A stretch of 64,000 nucleotides of DNA from Acutalibacteraceae bacterium (GCA_050946775.1 JBMNVL010000001.1:3229-67228); one strand, 5' to 3'; numbered from the stretch's first letter, positions 9,690 through 19,652 are shown. The notes: a model not told the origin generated them from the sequence alone. A program made the numbers and translations.

Positions 9690-11042
9690 TCATTGTTCCA
9701 GCCAGTCGGCCAGCTTCAGCGGGCCAAAGGCGGGGAGAGGCCGGCCGGCGGCGTCGGTGATATTGGCGTAACGGCCGTTGCCGAAATAATAGGACAGATA
9801 CATCTCGCCCAGCTGATCCCGGGGAACCTCGTGATAGATCAGCGCCCGGCCGCCCATCAGTTCGATCCGGAAGATGCTCATGGTGTCGATCTGATCGGGC
9901 ACGCGGGACAGGGCAAAGCCCGCCGGTACGCCGGGGGATCGCAGATCGCCGTGGACGTGATCGAAGGTGACCGCCAGCGTTTCCCCGAAGGTGTCGGGAT
10001 CGTCGATCGCCCGGATGGAGGCCAGCGCCGGCGCCGGCAGGGACCGCAGTCCCCGCGGGTCAAAGCAGAGCCGGTACATACTTTCGGCGGCGTTTTCGCC
10101 CAGCCGCTCGTGGTACCCGGCCTGCAGATGGATGCCGTCGGCGTAATCGGCGTCGGTCACCGCCACCGTATCCAGCCGGTCGATTTTTTCACTCAGCCGC
10201 CGCTGATGCTCCCGAATGGCGCTCCAGACCGCGTCTTCGGTCAGCGGCGTGTTGGTAAAGCGCCCGATCTGCACCTGCACGAAGGGCAATGCCGGGTCGC
10301 CGCAATCCCGCCGGAAGGCGTCCACCAGGGCGATCATCCGCTCGGTGAAACGGGCGGCGGCGTCGGGGTTGGCGTCGGAACAGCCCTGATACCAGAAGAT
10401 CCCGGCCACGTGGCTGCCGCTCAGCCGAAACCGCTCGATGGTCATGGCGTAGAGCTTATCCGGCGCCTCGGGATCCCAGTCGCCCATGTTGGAGCCGCCC
10501 AGCGCACAGGGGATCACCCCTTGCGGCACGCCGGTGCGCCGGTACATCGCCCGGGCAAAATAGTAGCCCGGGCCGACGCCCCGCTCCTGTACCCCGCCGT
10601 GACCGGCAAAGTGGCGGGTCATAAAGGGATGGGGGTTGAGCCAGCCACGGTGCATCCGGGGCTCGGCCGGTTCCCAATGGGCGTTGTCAAAGGAAAACTG
10701 CCGCCAAAAGGGAAAAACCCGTACCCCGGCGGCGATATCCCGGTAATAGCCGACCCCTTCCATATTGGACTGGCCGCCCAACAGCCAGACGTCCCCGACG
10801 TAGAGGTTATCGACGGTGACGGCGCCCTGATCGTCGGTCAGGGTGACGGTGTAAGGGCCGCCGATGGGGATGCCGGTCAACCAGAATACCCGGTGACCGT
10901 CCTCTACGCCGTCCTCCTCGATCCGGGCGTGAAAGCCCTCGACGGCGACGTCGCCGTCGGCGTCGGCCACAAACCGGCCGCGGCACAGTTCGCCGGTTCG
11001 GCCGATCACCATTCCCGGCAGCAATCCGTATACGATGTTCAT
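9690..11042 (-). CDS. Sialate O-acetylesterase-like (SASA/DUF303 family) carbohydrate esterase
   Basis: 450 aa. Carries the LLGGQSNMEG catalytic-Ser motif and the downstream ..IFWYQG.. block of the SASA family. Confidence 0.7.
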   Translation of the reverse strand: MNIVYGLLPGMVIGRTGELCRGRFVADADGDVAVEGFHARIEEDGVEDGHRVFWLTGIPIGGPYTVTLTDDQGAVTVDNLYVGDVWLLGGQSNMEGVGYYRDIAAGVRVFPFWRQFSFDNAHWEPAEPRMHRGWLNPHPFMTRHFAGHGGVQERGVGPGYYFARAMYRRTGVPQGVIPCALGGSNMGDWDPEAPDKLYAMTIERFRLSGSHVAGIFWYQGCSDANPDAAARFTERMIALVDAFRRDCGDPALPFVQVQIGRFTNTPLTEDAVWSAIREHQRRLSEKIDRLDTVAVTDADYADGIHLQAGYHERLGENAAESMYRLCFDPRGLRSLPAPALASIRAIDDPDTFGETLAVTFDHVHGDLRSPGVPAGFALSRVPDQIDTMSIFRIELMGGRALIYHEVPRDQLGEMYLSYYFGNGRYANITDAAGRPLPAFGPLKLADWLEQ

Positions 11043-11884
11043 GTTCGATCCTCCCGTATTCCGATCTTTTCACCCATTTTCACGACGGTTTCCAGCCCGT
11101 CGCGGGTGTTTTGCAGCAATTCCTCGTCGATGCGGGCGACGCCCTTTTTCAGCAGCAGCACCACGGTAGAGCCGCCGTATTCAAAGCGGCCTTTTTCCTC
11201 GCCCCGCTTGAAGGCGTCCACCGGGCGGTTGACGATCCGCCCCACCAGCAAAGCGCCGACCTCCACCTGCGCCGCGTCGGCGAAATGGGCGGTGCGCAGC
11301 ACCGTGACGGCGCGGCAATTGCGTTTGTAGATATTGGCGTGGGACAGGGCGATGGGCTGCACCGTGTGGAGTACCCCGGGGATGAACCGGGTTTTGCCGG
11401 CGGCGCCGTCGTCGAAAAAGGCGTAGCGGTGGTAATCGTCCACCGTCAGCCGGAAGATCAGGCACCAACCGCCCCCAAAAGCGTCCGCCAGCGCCGGATC
11501 GTCCAGCAGCTCGGCGGCGGTGTAGGGACTGCCCTTGATGGTAAACGCCGCACCGTCGTTCAGCGGATAGACCGACAGCTTGCTGTCGCAGGGCGCGCAC
11601 AAATGGGTCGGATCGGGATCAAAGGGACGGCGCCCGGGGCGGATGCGGCGGGTAAAAAAGGCGTTGAAGCACCGCCAGTCCTCGACGACATACTCCCCGA
11701 GATCCACCCCGTTTTGGCGGATAAAGCGGCCGATCAGCGGCCGGGAGAGGCGGCTGTCGAGAAACCGTCCCGCCAAACGCGACACCGCCGGGCGCACCAT
11801 CCCCTTGAGGAGACAGCGCCCGACGGCGGTTTTATACAGAAAACGAAGGGCACCCGTTTCGGTCGCCCGTACGGTGGGACGCAT
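11039..11884 (-). CDS. psd: Phosphatidylserine decarboxylase proenzyme
   Basis: 281 aa. C-terminal ..EEKGRFEYGGSTVVLL.. is the G-S-T self-cleavage motif. Adjacent to pssA. Confidence 0.85.
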   Translation of the reverse strand: MRPTVRATETGALRFLYKTAVGRCLLKGMVRPAVSRLAGRFLDSRLSRPLIGRFIRQNGVDLGEYVVEDWRCFNAFFTRRIRPGRRPFDPDPTHLCAPCDSKLSVYPLNDGAAFTIKGSPYTAAELLDDPALADAFGGGWCLIFRLTVDDYHRYAFFDDGAAGKTRFIPGVLHTVQPIALSHANIYKRNCRAVTVLRTAHFADAAQVEVGALLVGRIVNRPVDAFKRGEEKGRFEYGGSTVVLLLKKGVARIDEELLQNTRDGLETVVKMGEKIGIREDRT

Positions 11885-11885
11885 C

Positions 11886-12512
11886 TTACATCCCCCAGAT
11901 CAGCAGTGCCACGAATTCCAGCAGACCGATCGAGAGCATGATCAGGATCTCTTTGGCGCCGGGCTTGGGCACGTGCAGCCATTTGCAGACGAAGGCGGCG
12001 GCGATCACCAGCAAGGCGCCGCCGTATACGAAGGGAAACGCCACCGCCGGCATCAGCCGGTGGAGCAGATAGACGAAGGGCAATATCAGCGATACCATCG
12101 TCACCGGCAGACCGAGATAGCCCACCGTGCGGTTGTTCTGGTCGGTCACCCGCTCTTCGGCGCCGATGTTGAAAAAGGCCAGCCGGATCATCGCCGCCAG
12201 GACGTAGAGGATGAAAACGGGGAAGAAGTACCACGCTCTGAGCCCGGCGGCGTAGCCGATGGTGGTGGGAAGCACGCCGAAGCAGACCAGATCGCACAGG
12301 GAATCCAGCTGGATGCCGAACCGCTTTTCCTCCACCGTGCTTTTGGTGCGGGTACGGGCGATCCGCCCGTCGAAGGTATCGCACAGTCCGCAGATCACCA
12401 AGCAGATGATCCCGCCCAGCGGATGTCCGGCGCAGGTCAGACCGATCCCCAGCACGCCGGTGGCGAGGCTGGCGAAGGTCAGCCAGACGGTGTAGTTATA
12501 AAATCCCAGCAT
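11886..12512 (-). CDS. pssA: CDP-diacylglycerol--serine O-phosphatidyltransferase
   Basis: 208 aa from ATG 12512 (RBS GGAGGA). CDP-alcohol phosphatidyltransferase motif DTFDGRIAR...GIQLDSLCDLV. The 607-aa track ORF is an upstream extension through the antisense frame of the next gene. Confidence 0.88.
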   Translation of the reverse strand: MLGFYNYTVWLTFASLATGVLGIGLTCAGHPLGGIICLVICGLCDTFDGRIARTRTKSTVEEKRFGIQLDSLCDLVCFGVLPTTIGYAAGLRAWYFFPVFILYVLAAMIRLAFFNIGAEERVTDQNNRTVGYLGLPVTMVSLILPFVYLLHRLMPAVAFPFVYGGALLVIAAAFVCKWLHVPKPGAKEILIMLSIGLLEFVALLIWGM

Positions 12513-12541
12513 TTTGTCCGTTCCTCCTCGATTGCGCGGGT

Positions 12542-13594
12542 CTACGCCCGCGGCTGACCGTGCAGGGTGCGTCCCGACAGCATCTGCCGGGTGATCAGGA
12601 ATACCACGCTGCACAGCAGCAAACAGCCGTAATAATTGAGTCCGCGGGTCAACAGCAGCGCCGGCTCCAGCAGATGGGGCGGGTAGACGGTGCCGTAAAG
12701 AGCCAAAAACATGGTCTCGGCGGCGCCGACCGCGCCGGGCAGGGGCAGCGAATCCACCGCGATGGAGATCACCACCTGCACCGCGATCAGATAAGGCAGG
12801 CTGAGCGCCCCGCCACCCAAGCTGAGATAGACCCAGTAGGAAACCGAGAACATCGCCAGCCGCTGCGCCAGCGTCCACAAAAAGGTACGCAGGGTGACCG
12901 ACGGGTTTTGCCGGATGAAGCGGGCGCCGTCGTGGTACTCCTTCAAGTGCCGTTCCAGTGATTCCAGCGCCGCTTTCGGGCGCTTGATCAGCCGCAGCTT
13001 TCCGCCCCAGCGGATCAGCCGCCGTCCCAACCGGGGCATCAGGGTGCGGGAAAACATCGCCAGCAAAAACAGCGCCATCACCACGACGTTGATGACCACG
13101 CCCAGCGCGAACAGCACCTTGAAATACCATTTGCCGTCGAAGATCAGCCCGGGAAAGACGCACACCGCGACCAGTCCCAGCGCCATCAGCACCGCCTTGT
13201 ACACCACCGTGTACAGCAGCAGCACCAGCCCGCTGCGCGCCACCGGAACGCCCCGCTTGGCCATGTAATACGCCACGGCGGGCTGGCCGCCGGTGGCCGA
13301 CGGGGTGATGGCGGCGAAATAAAAGTCGATGCAGGCGTAGGAAAAGCCGTGGTACAGCGGGACGCGGTTGCCCAGCGGCTTCAGGATGACCTGATAGCAG
13401 CGCCCTTCGCCCCACAGAAAGGCCAGCACCATCGCCAGCCCCACCAGCAGATATTTCTTGTCGGCCCGCAGCATGACCGCCCACATGGCCCCGGGATCCA
13501 GCCGCCGCAGCAGCAGATAAAATGTCAACACGATCAGCGCGGCCAGCACCAACAGGTTGCGGACCTGCGATCTTGAATTTTTGAACATACACAC
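12542..13594 (-). CDS. Flippase-like / lysylphosphatidylglycerol-synthase transmembrane-region family protein (UPF0104)
   Basis: About 350 aa and polytopic, with a central RLGRRLIRWGGKLRLIKRPK loop typical of the MprF-like TM region family. Lies in the phospholipid gene block. Confidence 0.6.
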   Translation of the reverse strand: MCMFKNSRSQVRNLLVLAALIVLTFYLLLRRLDPGAMWAVMLRADKKYLLVGLAMVLAFLWGEGRCYQVILKPLGNRVPLYHGFSYACIDFYFAAITPSATGGQPAVAYYMAKRGVPVARSGLVLLLYTVVYKAVLMALGLVAVCVFPGLIFDGKWYFKVLFALGVVINVVVMALFLLAMFSRTLMPRLGRRLIRWGGKLRLIKRPKAALESLERHLKEYHDGARFIRQNPSVTLRTFLWTLAQRLAMFSVSYWVYLSLGGGALSLPYLIAVQVVISIAVDSLPLPGAVGAAETMFLALYGTVYPPHLLEPALLLTRGLNYYGCLLLCSVVFLITRQMLSGRTLHGQPRA

Positions 13595-13687
13595 AGCCCT
13601 CTTTATAAGGGTAACCAGATAACGCTATCGCTATTATACACGATTGCGGCGCAAATGTCCAGCCGAAAAGAAAAATGTCACGAAAAC

Positions 13688-13728
13688 GCAAGGAAAACGC
13701 CCGTGTCAAAGAAAACGCGGGCGTTTTG
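13688..13728 (-). terminator. Intrinsic terminator after the small export protein gene
   Basis: The minus strand reads AACGCCCGcgttttctttgacaCGGGCGTTttccttgcgtttt. Confidence 0.55.
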
Positions 13729-13730
13729 CG

Positions 13731-14234
13731 TTAAAACAGGGTGATCAGCCAGGGGATCAGATAGGTGGCCGTACACATGATGGCGGTGGCGAGCAGCAGT
13801 CCCACCAGAATGGCGGGAAAGGCTTTTTTGAAGGGGATCCCGAGCAGCGAGGCGATCAGCGCGCCGGTCCAGCCGCCGGTGCCCGGCAGGGGAATGCCGA
13901 CGAACAGCACCAGTCCCCAGAACTCGTACTTCTGGATCTTGTCGCTTTTGCCCAGCGATTTTTTCTCCAGCTTTTCCACCAGCGGACGGAACAGCCGGGT
14001 GCGCTTGAGCCAATCGAAAAGAGGGGTGATGAACCACAGAATAAAGGGGATGGGCAGAATGTTGCCCAGAAGACAGATGGCGATGGCCGGCGCCACGTCC
14101 AGTCCCAGCAGCGCCGCGGCGATCAAGCCGCCGCGCAGCTCCAGTATCGGGATCATCGAGATGATCAACGGGATCAGCCAGGGCGGTATCCCGCTGAGCG
14201 CCTCGGTGAACCATTGCGCTAACGATTCCGTCAT
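13731..14234 (-). CDS. Small multidrug export protein-like membrane protein (COG2426 type)
   Basis: 167 aa, 4-5 TM. ..PILELRGGL.. and ..GIPLPGTGGWTGALIASLLG.. motifs. Confidence 0.6.
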   Translation of the reverse strand: MTESLAQWFTEALSGIPPWLIPLIISMIPILELRGGLIAAALLGLDVAPAIAICLLGNILPIPFILWFITPLFDWLKRTRLFRPLVEKLEKKSLGKSDKIQKYEFWGLVLFVGIPLPGTGGWTGALIASLLGIPFKKAFPAILVGLLLATAIMCTATYLIPWLITLF

Positions 14235-14237
14235 GGC

Positions 14238-15617
14238 TTAAAAGCGGAGCTTGTCCGCCAGATAGGCCGACAGGCCGTCGATGGCCACCCGCTCCTGCGC
14301 CATGGTGTCGCGGTCGCGCACGGTGACGCAGCCGTCGGCGGCCGATTCGAAATCGTAGGTGACGCAGTAGGGGGTGCCGATCTCATCCTCCCGGCGATAC
14401 CGCTTGCCGATCGAGCCGGTCTCGTCGTAGTCCACCATGAAGTCTTTGGAAAGCATTTCGTGGATTTTCAGCGCTTCCTCGCCCAGCTTCTTGGACAGGG
14501 GCAGCACCGCCGCCTTGAAGGGCGCCAGCGCCGGATGCAGCCGCAGCACCACCCGGACGTCGTTTTTCTCGGCGTCGACGAGCTCCTCGTCGTAGGCGTC
14601 ACACAGGAAGGCCAGCACCACCCGGTCGGCGCCCAGCGACGGCTCGATGACGTAGGGGATGTAATGCTCGTTCGATTCCTGATCGAAATACTCCAGCTTC
14701 TGCCCGGAATGGTTGGAATGCTGGGTCAGATCGTAGTCGGTGCGGTCGGCGATGCCCCACAGCTCGCCCCATCCGAAGGGGAAGAGGAACTCGAAGTCGG
14801 TGGTGGCGTTGGAGTAGTGGGACAGCTCCTTTTGCTCGTGATCCCGCAGCTTGAGGTTTTCCGCCTTCATGCCCAGCCCCAGCAGCCAGTTTTTGCAGAA
14901 CTCCTTCCAGTAGCCGAACCACTCGAGATCGGTGCCGGGCTTGCAGAAGAATTCCAGCTCCATCTGCTCGAATTCCCGGGTGCGGAAGGTGAAGTTGCCG
15001 GGGGTGATCTCGTTGCGGAAGCTCTTGCCGATCTGCGCCACGCCGAAGGGGATCTTTTTGCGGGAGGAGCGCTGGATGTTGCCGAAGTTGACGAAGATGC
15101 CCTGCGCCGTTTCGGGGCGCAGATAGATCTCGTTTTTGGCGTCCTCGGTGACCCCCTGGAAGGTCTTGAACATCAGATTGAAGGTGCGGATATCGGTGAA
15201 ATTGTGTTCGCCGCATTCGGGGCAGCGGATGTCGTGCTCGTCGATGTAGGCCTTCATCTCGTCGAAGCTCCAGCCGCCGGGATTGACGCCGGTGTCCTCG
15301 ATCAGCTTGTCGGCGCGATGGCGGGTCTTGCAGCTTTTGCAGTCCATCAGCGGGTCGGAAAAATTGCCCACGTGACCCGACGCCACCCACACCTGCGGGT
15401 TCATCAAAATGGCGCTGTCCAGCCCGACGTTGAGGGGATTTTCCTGGACGAATTTCTTCCACCAGGCGCGCTTGACGTTGTTTTTCAGCTCCACGCCCAG
15501 AGGGCCGTAATCCCAGGTGTTGGCCAGTCCGCCGTATATATCCGAACCGGGGTAGACGAAACCCCGCCCTTTGCAAAGGGAGACGATCTTGTCCATGGTT
15601 TTGTCCGCGTTGTTCAT
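14238..15617 (-). CDS. glyQS: Glycine--tRNA ligase (homodimeric GlyQS type)
   Basis: 459 aa from ATG 15617 (RBS AAGGAGGAA). ..[24 protein letters not shown].., ..[25 protein letters not shown].. Confidence 0.95.
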   Translation of the reverse strand: MNNADKTMDKIVSLCKGRGFVYPGSDIYGGLANTWDYGPLGVELKNNVKRAWWKKFVQENPLNVGLDSAILMNPQVWVASGHVGNFSDPLMDCKSCKTRHRADKLIEDTGVNPGGWSFDEMKAYIDEHDIRCPECGEHNFTDIRTFNLMFKTFQGVTEDAKNEIYLRPETAQGIFVNFGNIQRSSRKKIPFGVAQIGKSFRNEITPGNFTFRTREFEQMELEFFCKPGTDLEWFGYWKEFCKNWLLGLGMKAENLKLRDHEQKELSHYSNATTDFEFLFPFGWGELWGIADRTDYDLTQHSNHSGQKLEYFDQESNEHYIPYVIEPSLGADRVVLAFLCDAYDEELVDAEKNDVRVVLRLHPALAPFKAAVLPLSKKLGEEALKIHEMLSKDFMVDYDETGSIGKRYRREDEIGTPYCVTYDFESAADGCVTVRDRDTMAQERVAIDGLSAYLADKLRF

Positions 15618-15784
15618 TGGCGTTTCCTCCTTGGTCATAAAAACGTTCGTTGTTTTAGTGTAATCCAAAACGCAAATCTTGTCAACCTTTCCAATTGTTT
15701 TTGGCAGGAAAATGTGGTAAAATTAAAGGTAGGCGAAAGGGAACATACCGACGCAAAGCCAAAAAAGAAAGAAGAGGGATTACG

Positions 15785-18715
15785 ATGAAAAAAACAGCCA
15801 TCCGCGCCCTGCTGGGGCTGGTGCTGGCCGCGGCGCTGCTGATCGGCGCCCCGCCGGCCGGCGCGCAGGCGGAGCCTGCCGTGAGCAAGCCCGGGTCGAT
15901 CCTGATCCTGGGCGATTCCATCGCCGCCGGCTATCTGGACGAAAACCCCGGCCAGTACGGCGATAACGCCACCTACCGCTACAGCACCCTGATCCAAAAC
16001 GACACCGGCATCCCGGTGACCAACCGCGCCGTCAGCGGCTGGACCACCGGCACGCTGCTGAACGGTCTGAACGAAAAGACCGCCGGCATCGCAAGCGTCG
16101 ATCTGATCGGTATCTCCATCGGCGGCAACGACATCATGGGCGGCGATACCGGCGCCATCAACACCGCGACCAATAATCTGCGCGGCATTTTCGACGGCCT
16201 GCTGACCAAATATCCCGCCGCGACGATCGTCATCCATTCGGTCTACAACCCGATAGGAGCCCAGGCGGAGTCGATCATCACCGCCATGAACGGCGCCATC
16301 GCCGGCCTGGCGGAGGAGTACGACGGCCAGGTGGTGGTACTGGACACCTACACCGCCTTCCTCGGGAAAGAGGATACCCACGTTTGCGACGACCACATCC
16401 ATCCCAACATCGCCGGCCACCGGCTGATCGCCGATCTGTACGAGGCGCTGTGGGCGGCCCCCGAAACCCCGGACGAGCCGCCAAAGCCCGCCGTGGTTTA
16501 CGGCGATATCGACGGCAACCCCGGCGTGACCGCTGCCGACGCGCTGATGGCGCTGCAGGCCGCCACCGGCAAGATCCTGCTGGATGAGAGCCAGGCGGCT
16601 GCCGCCGACGTGGACGGCAATCCCGGCGTGACCGCCGCCGACGCGCTGCTGATCCTGCAGCGTGCCACCGGCAAGATCAACGCCTTCCCGGTGCAGGACG
16701 AGCCGCTGCCGGTCCGCACCGCCGGCAACCCCATCTTCACCGACATCTTCACCGCCGACCCGTCGGCCCACGTCTGGAGTGAGGCCGGGGACGAGCGGCT
16801 GTACGTGTATCCCTCCCACGACCAGTTCCCGGCGCAGGGCTGCGATTTCATGGACAAATACCACGTCTATTCCACCACCAATATGGTCGACTGGTACGAC
16901 CACGGGCAGATCCTCTCCTCCGACGACGTGGAGTGGGGCCGTCCCGAGGGCGGCTTCATGTGGGCGCCCGACGCGGCGTATAAGGATGGCACCTACTACT
17001 ATTTCTTCCCCCATCCCAGCGAGACCGATTGGGACCGCTCCTGGAAGATCGGCGTCGCCACCAGCGACAAGCCGGCCGAGGACTTCTCCGTTGTGACCCA
17101 AAAGCCCGACGGCAGCCCCTATCAGGGCTATATCGAGGGGATCCCCTACGCGTCCACCCGCGGTTTGATCGATCCCTGCGTCTTCAAGGACGACGACGGC
17201 AAGTACTATATGTCGGTGGGCGGCGGCGGCAAATGCTATCTCGCCGAGATGACCGACGATCTGCTGGGCATTAAAGAGGACACCTGGACCGATATCACCG
17301 CCCAGCTGTACTATCCCGGCGCCGACCGCCATCCCGGCGGCGACGCCCGCGATTTCCACGAGGGCTCGTGGATCTTCAAGCGGGGCGATATCTACTATCT
17401 GATGTTCCCCGACGGGGTGAGCGACGCTGATGGCGGCAACCGGATGCGGTATGCCATGGCCGACAGCGTCATGGGCCCGTACGTTACCCAGCCCGAGCCT
17501 TTCCTCGATTCGGTGCTGGACTGCGATACCACCCACGGCTCGATCGTCGAGTATAAGGGGCATTGGTATATTTTCTACCATAATTCCGCTTTGTCGGGCG
17601 CCGGCAATCTGCGTTCGGTCTGCGTGGACGAGGTCTTCTTCAACGACGACGGCACCATCCAAAAGGTGACCCAGACCGCCGAGGGCGTTTCGGCGATCGG
17701 CCCGGACGAGACCGGCGCGTACGCCCCCAACCAGACCGGCGCGCTGATCATCAGCGACGAGACCATCGAAGGCTACAAGCAGACTTACACCCATGGGTAT
17801 GATTACGATCTCAACTTCGCCACGGTGGACGTGGATCTGACCAAGCTGTCCGACAGCCAGAAAAACCCCGACGGCACCGCCAAGGAGTATCCCCAGATCG
17901 TGGGTGCCGGCGCGAGCCGCCACACCGTGACCCTGACCGCGCCGGGCGCTTATCTGCAGTTCGACGGCGTGGTGGGCGGCAAGCAGGACGGCAAGGCGCT
18001 GCTGGAGGTGCATTACGGCGCCGGCGACAAACCCAACTTCCAGGTGAAGACCACCGGGATGGAGGGCGGTCTGAACGCCACCACCAGCTACTACATGAAG
18101 ATGGACACCACCGGCAGTTGGGAGGAATTCACCGGCGTGGCCTACTGCATCATTGATCTCAAGGCCGGGGCGGACAACTCCGTCTGGCTGGCCAGCGGAT
18201 CGGGCGGCGCCAACTTCACCGGCATTACGGTGTATCTGCCCGAGGACAACGTCGATCCCACCCTGCAGCCCAAGGATCCCACCGTGGTGGATTACAGCGT
18301 TTACACCGGCCCGGCGACCACCTACACCCTGAAGGACGCCACGGTCGGCTCCACCACCGGCAACCCGGATAACTACCCGGTGATCGAAGGCGATCTGACC
18401 CTGCACAACATGGAGCGCGGCGGCGCCTACGTCGACATTCCGAACATCGACGGCGGCAAGGGCGGTAAGGCGATGGTCACGCTGGAATACTGCTCCTTCA
18501 ACGACGGCTCGCTGACCCTGTCGGCCAACGGCGTGGCGCTGGAGCTTGGCTCCAAGCTGGGCTTCGAGTCCAACGAGAGCTGGGACAGCTATGCCGGCAA
18601 GCTGGTCGGACAGGTCGAGCTCAACGCCGGCACCGGCAACGTCATCCGGATCGCCGGCGGTGGCGGCGGCGTCAATCTGCGCAACATCACCGTCACCCTG
18701 CTCCCGCAGGATTAA
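15785..18715 (+). CDS. Secreted multidomain carbohydrate-active enzyme: SGNH/GDSL hydrolase + internal dockerin-type repeat pair + GH43 + C-terminal CBM-like domains
   Basis: Signal peptide MKKTAIRALLGLVLAAALL. GDSIAAGY (SGNH block I). YGDIDGNPGVTAADAL...DVDGNPGVTAADALLILQ (dockerin). NPIFTDIFTADPSAHVW.., DPCVFKDDDGKYYM, FHEGSWIFKRGDIYYLMF (GH43). Confidence 0.8.
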   Translation: MKKTAIRALLGLVLAAALLIGAPPAGAQAEPAVSKPGSILILGDSIAAGYLDENPGQYGDNATYRYSTLIQNDTGIPVTNRAVSGWTTGTLLNGLNEKTAGIASVDLIGISIGGNDIMGGDTGAINTATNNLRGIFDGLLTKYPAATIVIHSVYNPIGAQAESIITAMNGAIAGLAEEYDGQVVVLDTYTAFLGKEDTHVCDDHIHPNIAGHRLIADLYEALWAAPETPDEPPKPAVVYGDIDGNPGVTAADALMALQAATGKILLDESQAAAADVDGNPGVTAADALLILQRATGKINAFPVQDEPLPVRTAGNPIFTDIFTADPSAHVWSEAGDERLYVYPSHDQFPAQGCDFMDKYHVYSTTNMVDWYDHGQILSSDDVEWGRPEGGFMWAPDAAYKDGTYYYFFPHPSETDWDRSWKIGVATSDKPAEDFSVVTQKPDGSPYQGYIEGIPYASTRGLIDPCVFKDDDGKYYMSVGGGGKCYLAEMTDDLLGIKEDTWTDITAQLYYPGADRHPGGDARDFHEGSWIFKRGDIYYLMFPDGVSDADGGNRMRYAMADSVMGPYVTQPEPFLDSVLDCDTTHGSIVEYKGHWYIFYHNSALSGAGNLRSVCVDEVFFNDDGTIQKVTQTAEGVSAIGPDETGAYAPNQTGALIISDETIEGYKQTYTHGYDYDLNFATVDVDLTKLSDSQKNPDGTAKEYPQIVGAGASRHTVTLTAPGAYLQFDGVVGGKQDGKALLEVHYGAGDKPNFQVKTTGMEGGLNATTSYYMKMDTTGSWEEFTGVAYCIIDLKAGADNSVWLASGSGGANFTGITVYLPEDNVDPTLQPKDPTVVDYSVYTGPATTYTLKDATVGSTTGNPDNYPVIEGDLTLHNMERGGAYVDIPNIDGGKGGKAMVTLEYCSFNDGSLTLSANGVALELGSKLGFESNESWDSYAGKLVGQVELNAGTGNVIRIAGGGGGVNLRNITVTLLPQD

Positions 18716-18726
18716 GCGCAAACGGC

Positions 18727-18759
18727 AACCGCCCGGTCGGGAAACCCGACCGGGCGGTT
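18727..18759. terminator. Hairpin terminator; left copy of a 32/33-nt direct repeat flanking an AT-rich cassette
   Basis: AACCGCCCGGTCGggaaaCCCGACCGGGCGGTT followed by tgtgtt. A near-identical copy lies at 19653-19684. Confidence 0.75.
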
Positions 18760-18774
18760 TGTGTTGCGGAAAAA

Positions 18775-18999
18775 TTATTTGCTTGTTTGAGGGTTGTTTG
18801 TCCTGTCTAAAAGATAATCTATGCTGCAATTATAGAAGTTTGCCAACGTGATTAATGTCTCTGCCGTTAAAGCGATTACGCCGGTTTCATACTGCGAATA
18901 CGTGTTTTGTGAAACATGAAGAATCTTGGCAATGTCCTTTTGTTTGAGGTCATTATCTTCCCGAATATTCCTTATATTTCTATAAACCATTTTAATCAC
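18775..18999 (-). CDS. XRE-family HTH regulator (in the AT-rich cassette)
   Basis: IRNIREDNDLKQKDIAKILHVSQNTYSQYETGVIALTAETLITLANFYNCSIDYLLDRT. Confidence 0.8.
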   Translation of the reverse strand: MIKMVYRNIRNIREDNDLKQKDIAKILHVSQNTYSQYETGVIALTAETLITLANFYNCSIDYLLDRTNNPQTSK

Positions 19000-19083
19000 C
19001 GAGTGTATTATGGCTTATCTGGAAAAAAGATGTTGACTTTTATCTGTAATACAGATATAATCAAACATAAAGGAGGTATAAAT

Positions 19084-19288
19084 ATGAGAGCACCCGACAA
19101 ATGCCCGATGTGTGACAATGCACTCCGGTGGGAAAAGTGGATTAAACGAAAAAAGGATTCAGCATGGGCAAAGATGCTGTGGGCGGCTTACTGCTGAGAC
19201 CAGTTGGACTTTTAGGAGGAGCGCTCGGCAAGAAAAATCCTATCATTGTTGCGGAGCGTGTGGATTTGAACATGAGTACGATGGATAA
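19084..19288 (+). pseudogene. Zinc-ribbon small membrane protein gene interrupted by two -1 frame changes at A-runs (or homopolymer assembly errors)
   Basis: RBS AAAGGAGG + ATG 19084 gives MRAPDKCPMCDNALRWEKWIKRKK. After A6 (19149-19154) the -1 frame reads GFSMGKDAVGGLLLRPVGLLGGALGKKN. After A5 (19233-19237) the next -1 frame reads SYHCCGACGFEHEYDG*. Joined, this gives CxxC...Gly-rich helix...CxxC. Confidence 0.55.
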
Positions 19289-19297
19289 GGAGCACTT

Positions 19298-19642
19298 ATG
19301 AAAAAAATTATATGTATCCTTGCGGTTTTGATTATAACTGTCAGTATGGGAGCGTGTGATCCAACCAAGAAAGAGGCGACATCCTCTTCTGTCAACGTTA
19401 CTCGGTATTACCCGCAGAGGAATAGTTCGGGAAACAATGATTCCGGTTCCATTAGCTTTACAAATAAATATGGCACACCAACAACAATTTGCGCCCACGC
19501 CGGATGCAGTAATTACATAGCGTCATCCGGCGACACCAACTGTTGTACGCTCCATTCACAACGGTGCCTCAACTGCAACAAATTCATTGATGAAGATGCG
19601 TTGTATTGTGTCGACTGCCTAGCAAGTGCATTTGCACAATAA
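19298..19642 (+). CDS. Lipoprotein with a Cys-rich C-terminal domain
   Basis: MKKIICILAVLIITVSMGAC lipobox. C-terminal CAHAGC..CC..H..C..C....C..C pattern. RBS AAGGAG. Confidence 0.65.
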   Translation: MKKIICILAVLIITVSMGACDPTKKEATSSSVNVTRYYPQRNSSGNNDSGSISFTNKYGTPTTICAHAGCSNYIASSGDTNCCTLHSQRCLNCNKFIDEDALYCVDCLASAFAQ

Positions 19643-19652
19643 TCAAACAAAC

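Noticed and set aside
11886-13709. 607-aa ORF spanning pssA and the antisense frame of the MprF-like gene. A related case is the 717-aa-type extension at 38726-39796.
   Set aside because: Internal ATGs with good RBS sites (12512 and 39080) delimit the real proteins. The upstream portions have no coding character.
15618-15784. An expected T-box leader upstream of glyQS.
   Set aside because: Only ~165 nt separate glyQS from the divergent gene. I find no T-box consensus (..GGTGGTACCGCG..), no specifier-loop architecture and no terminator/antiterminator pair.
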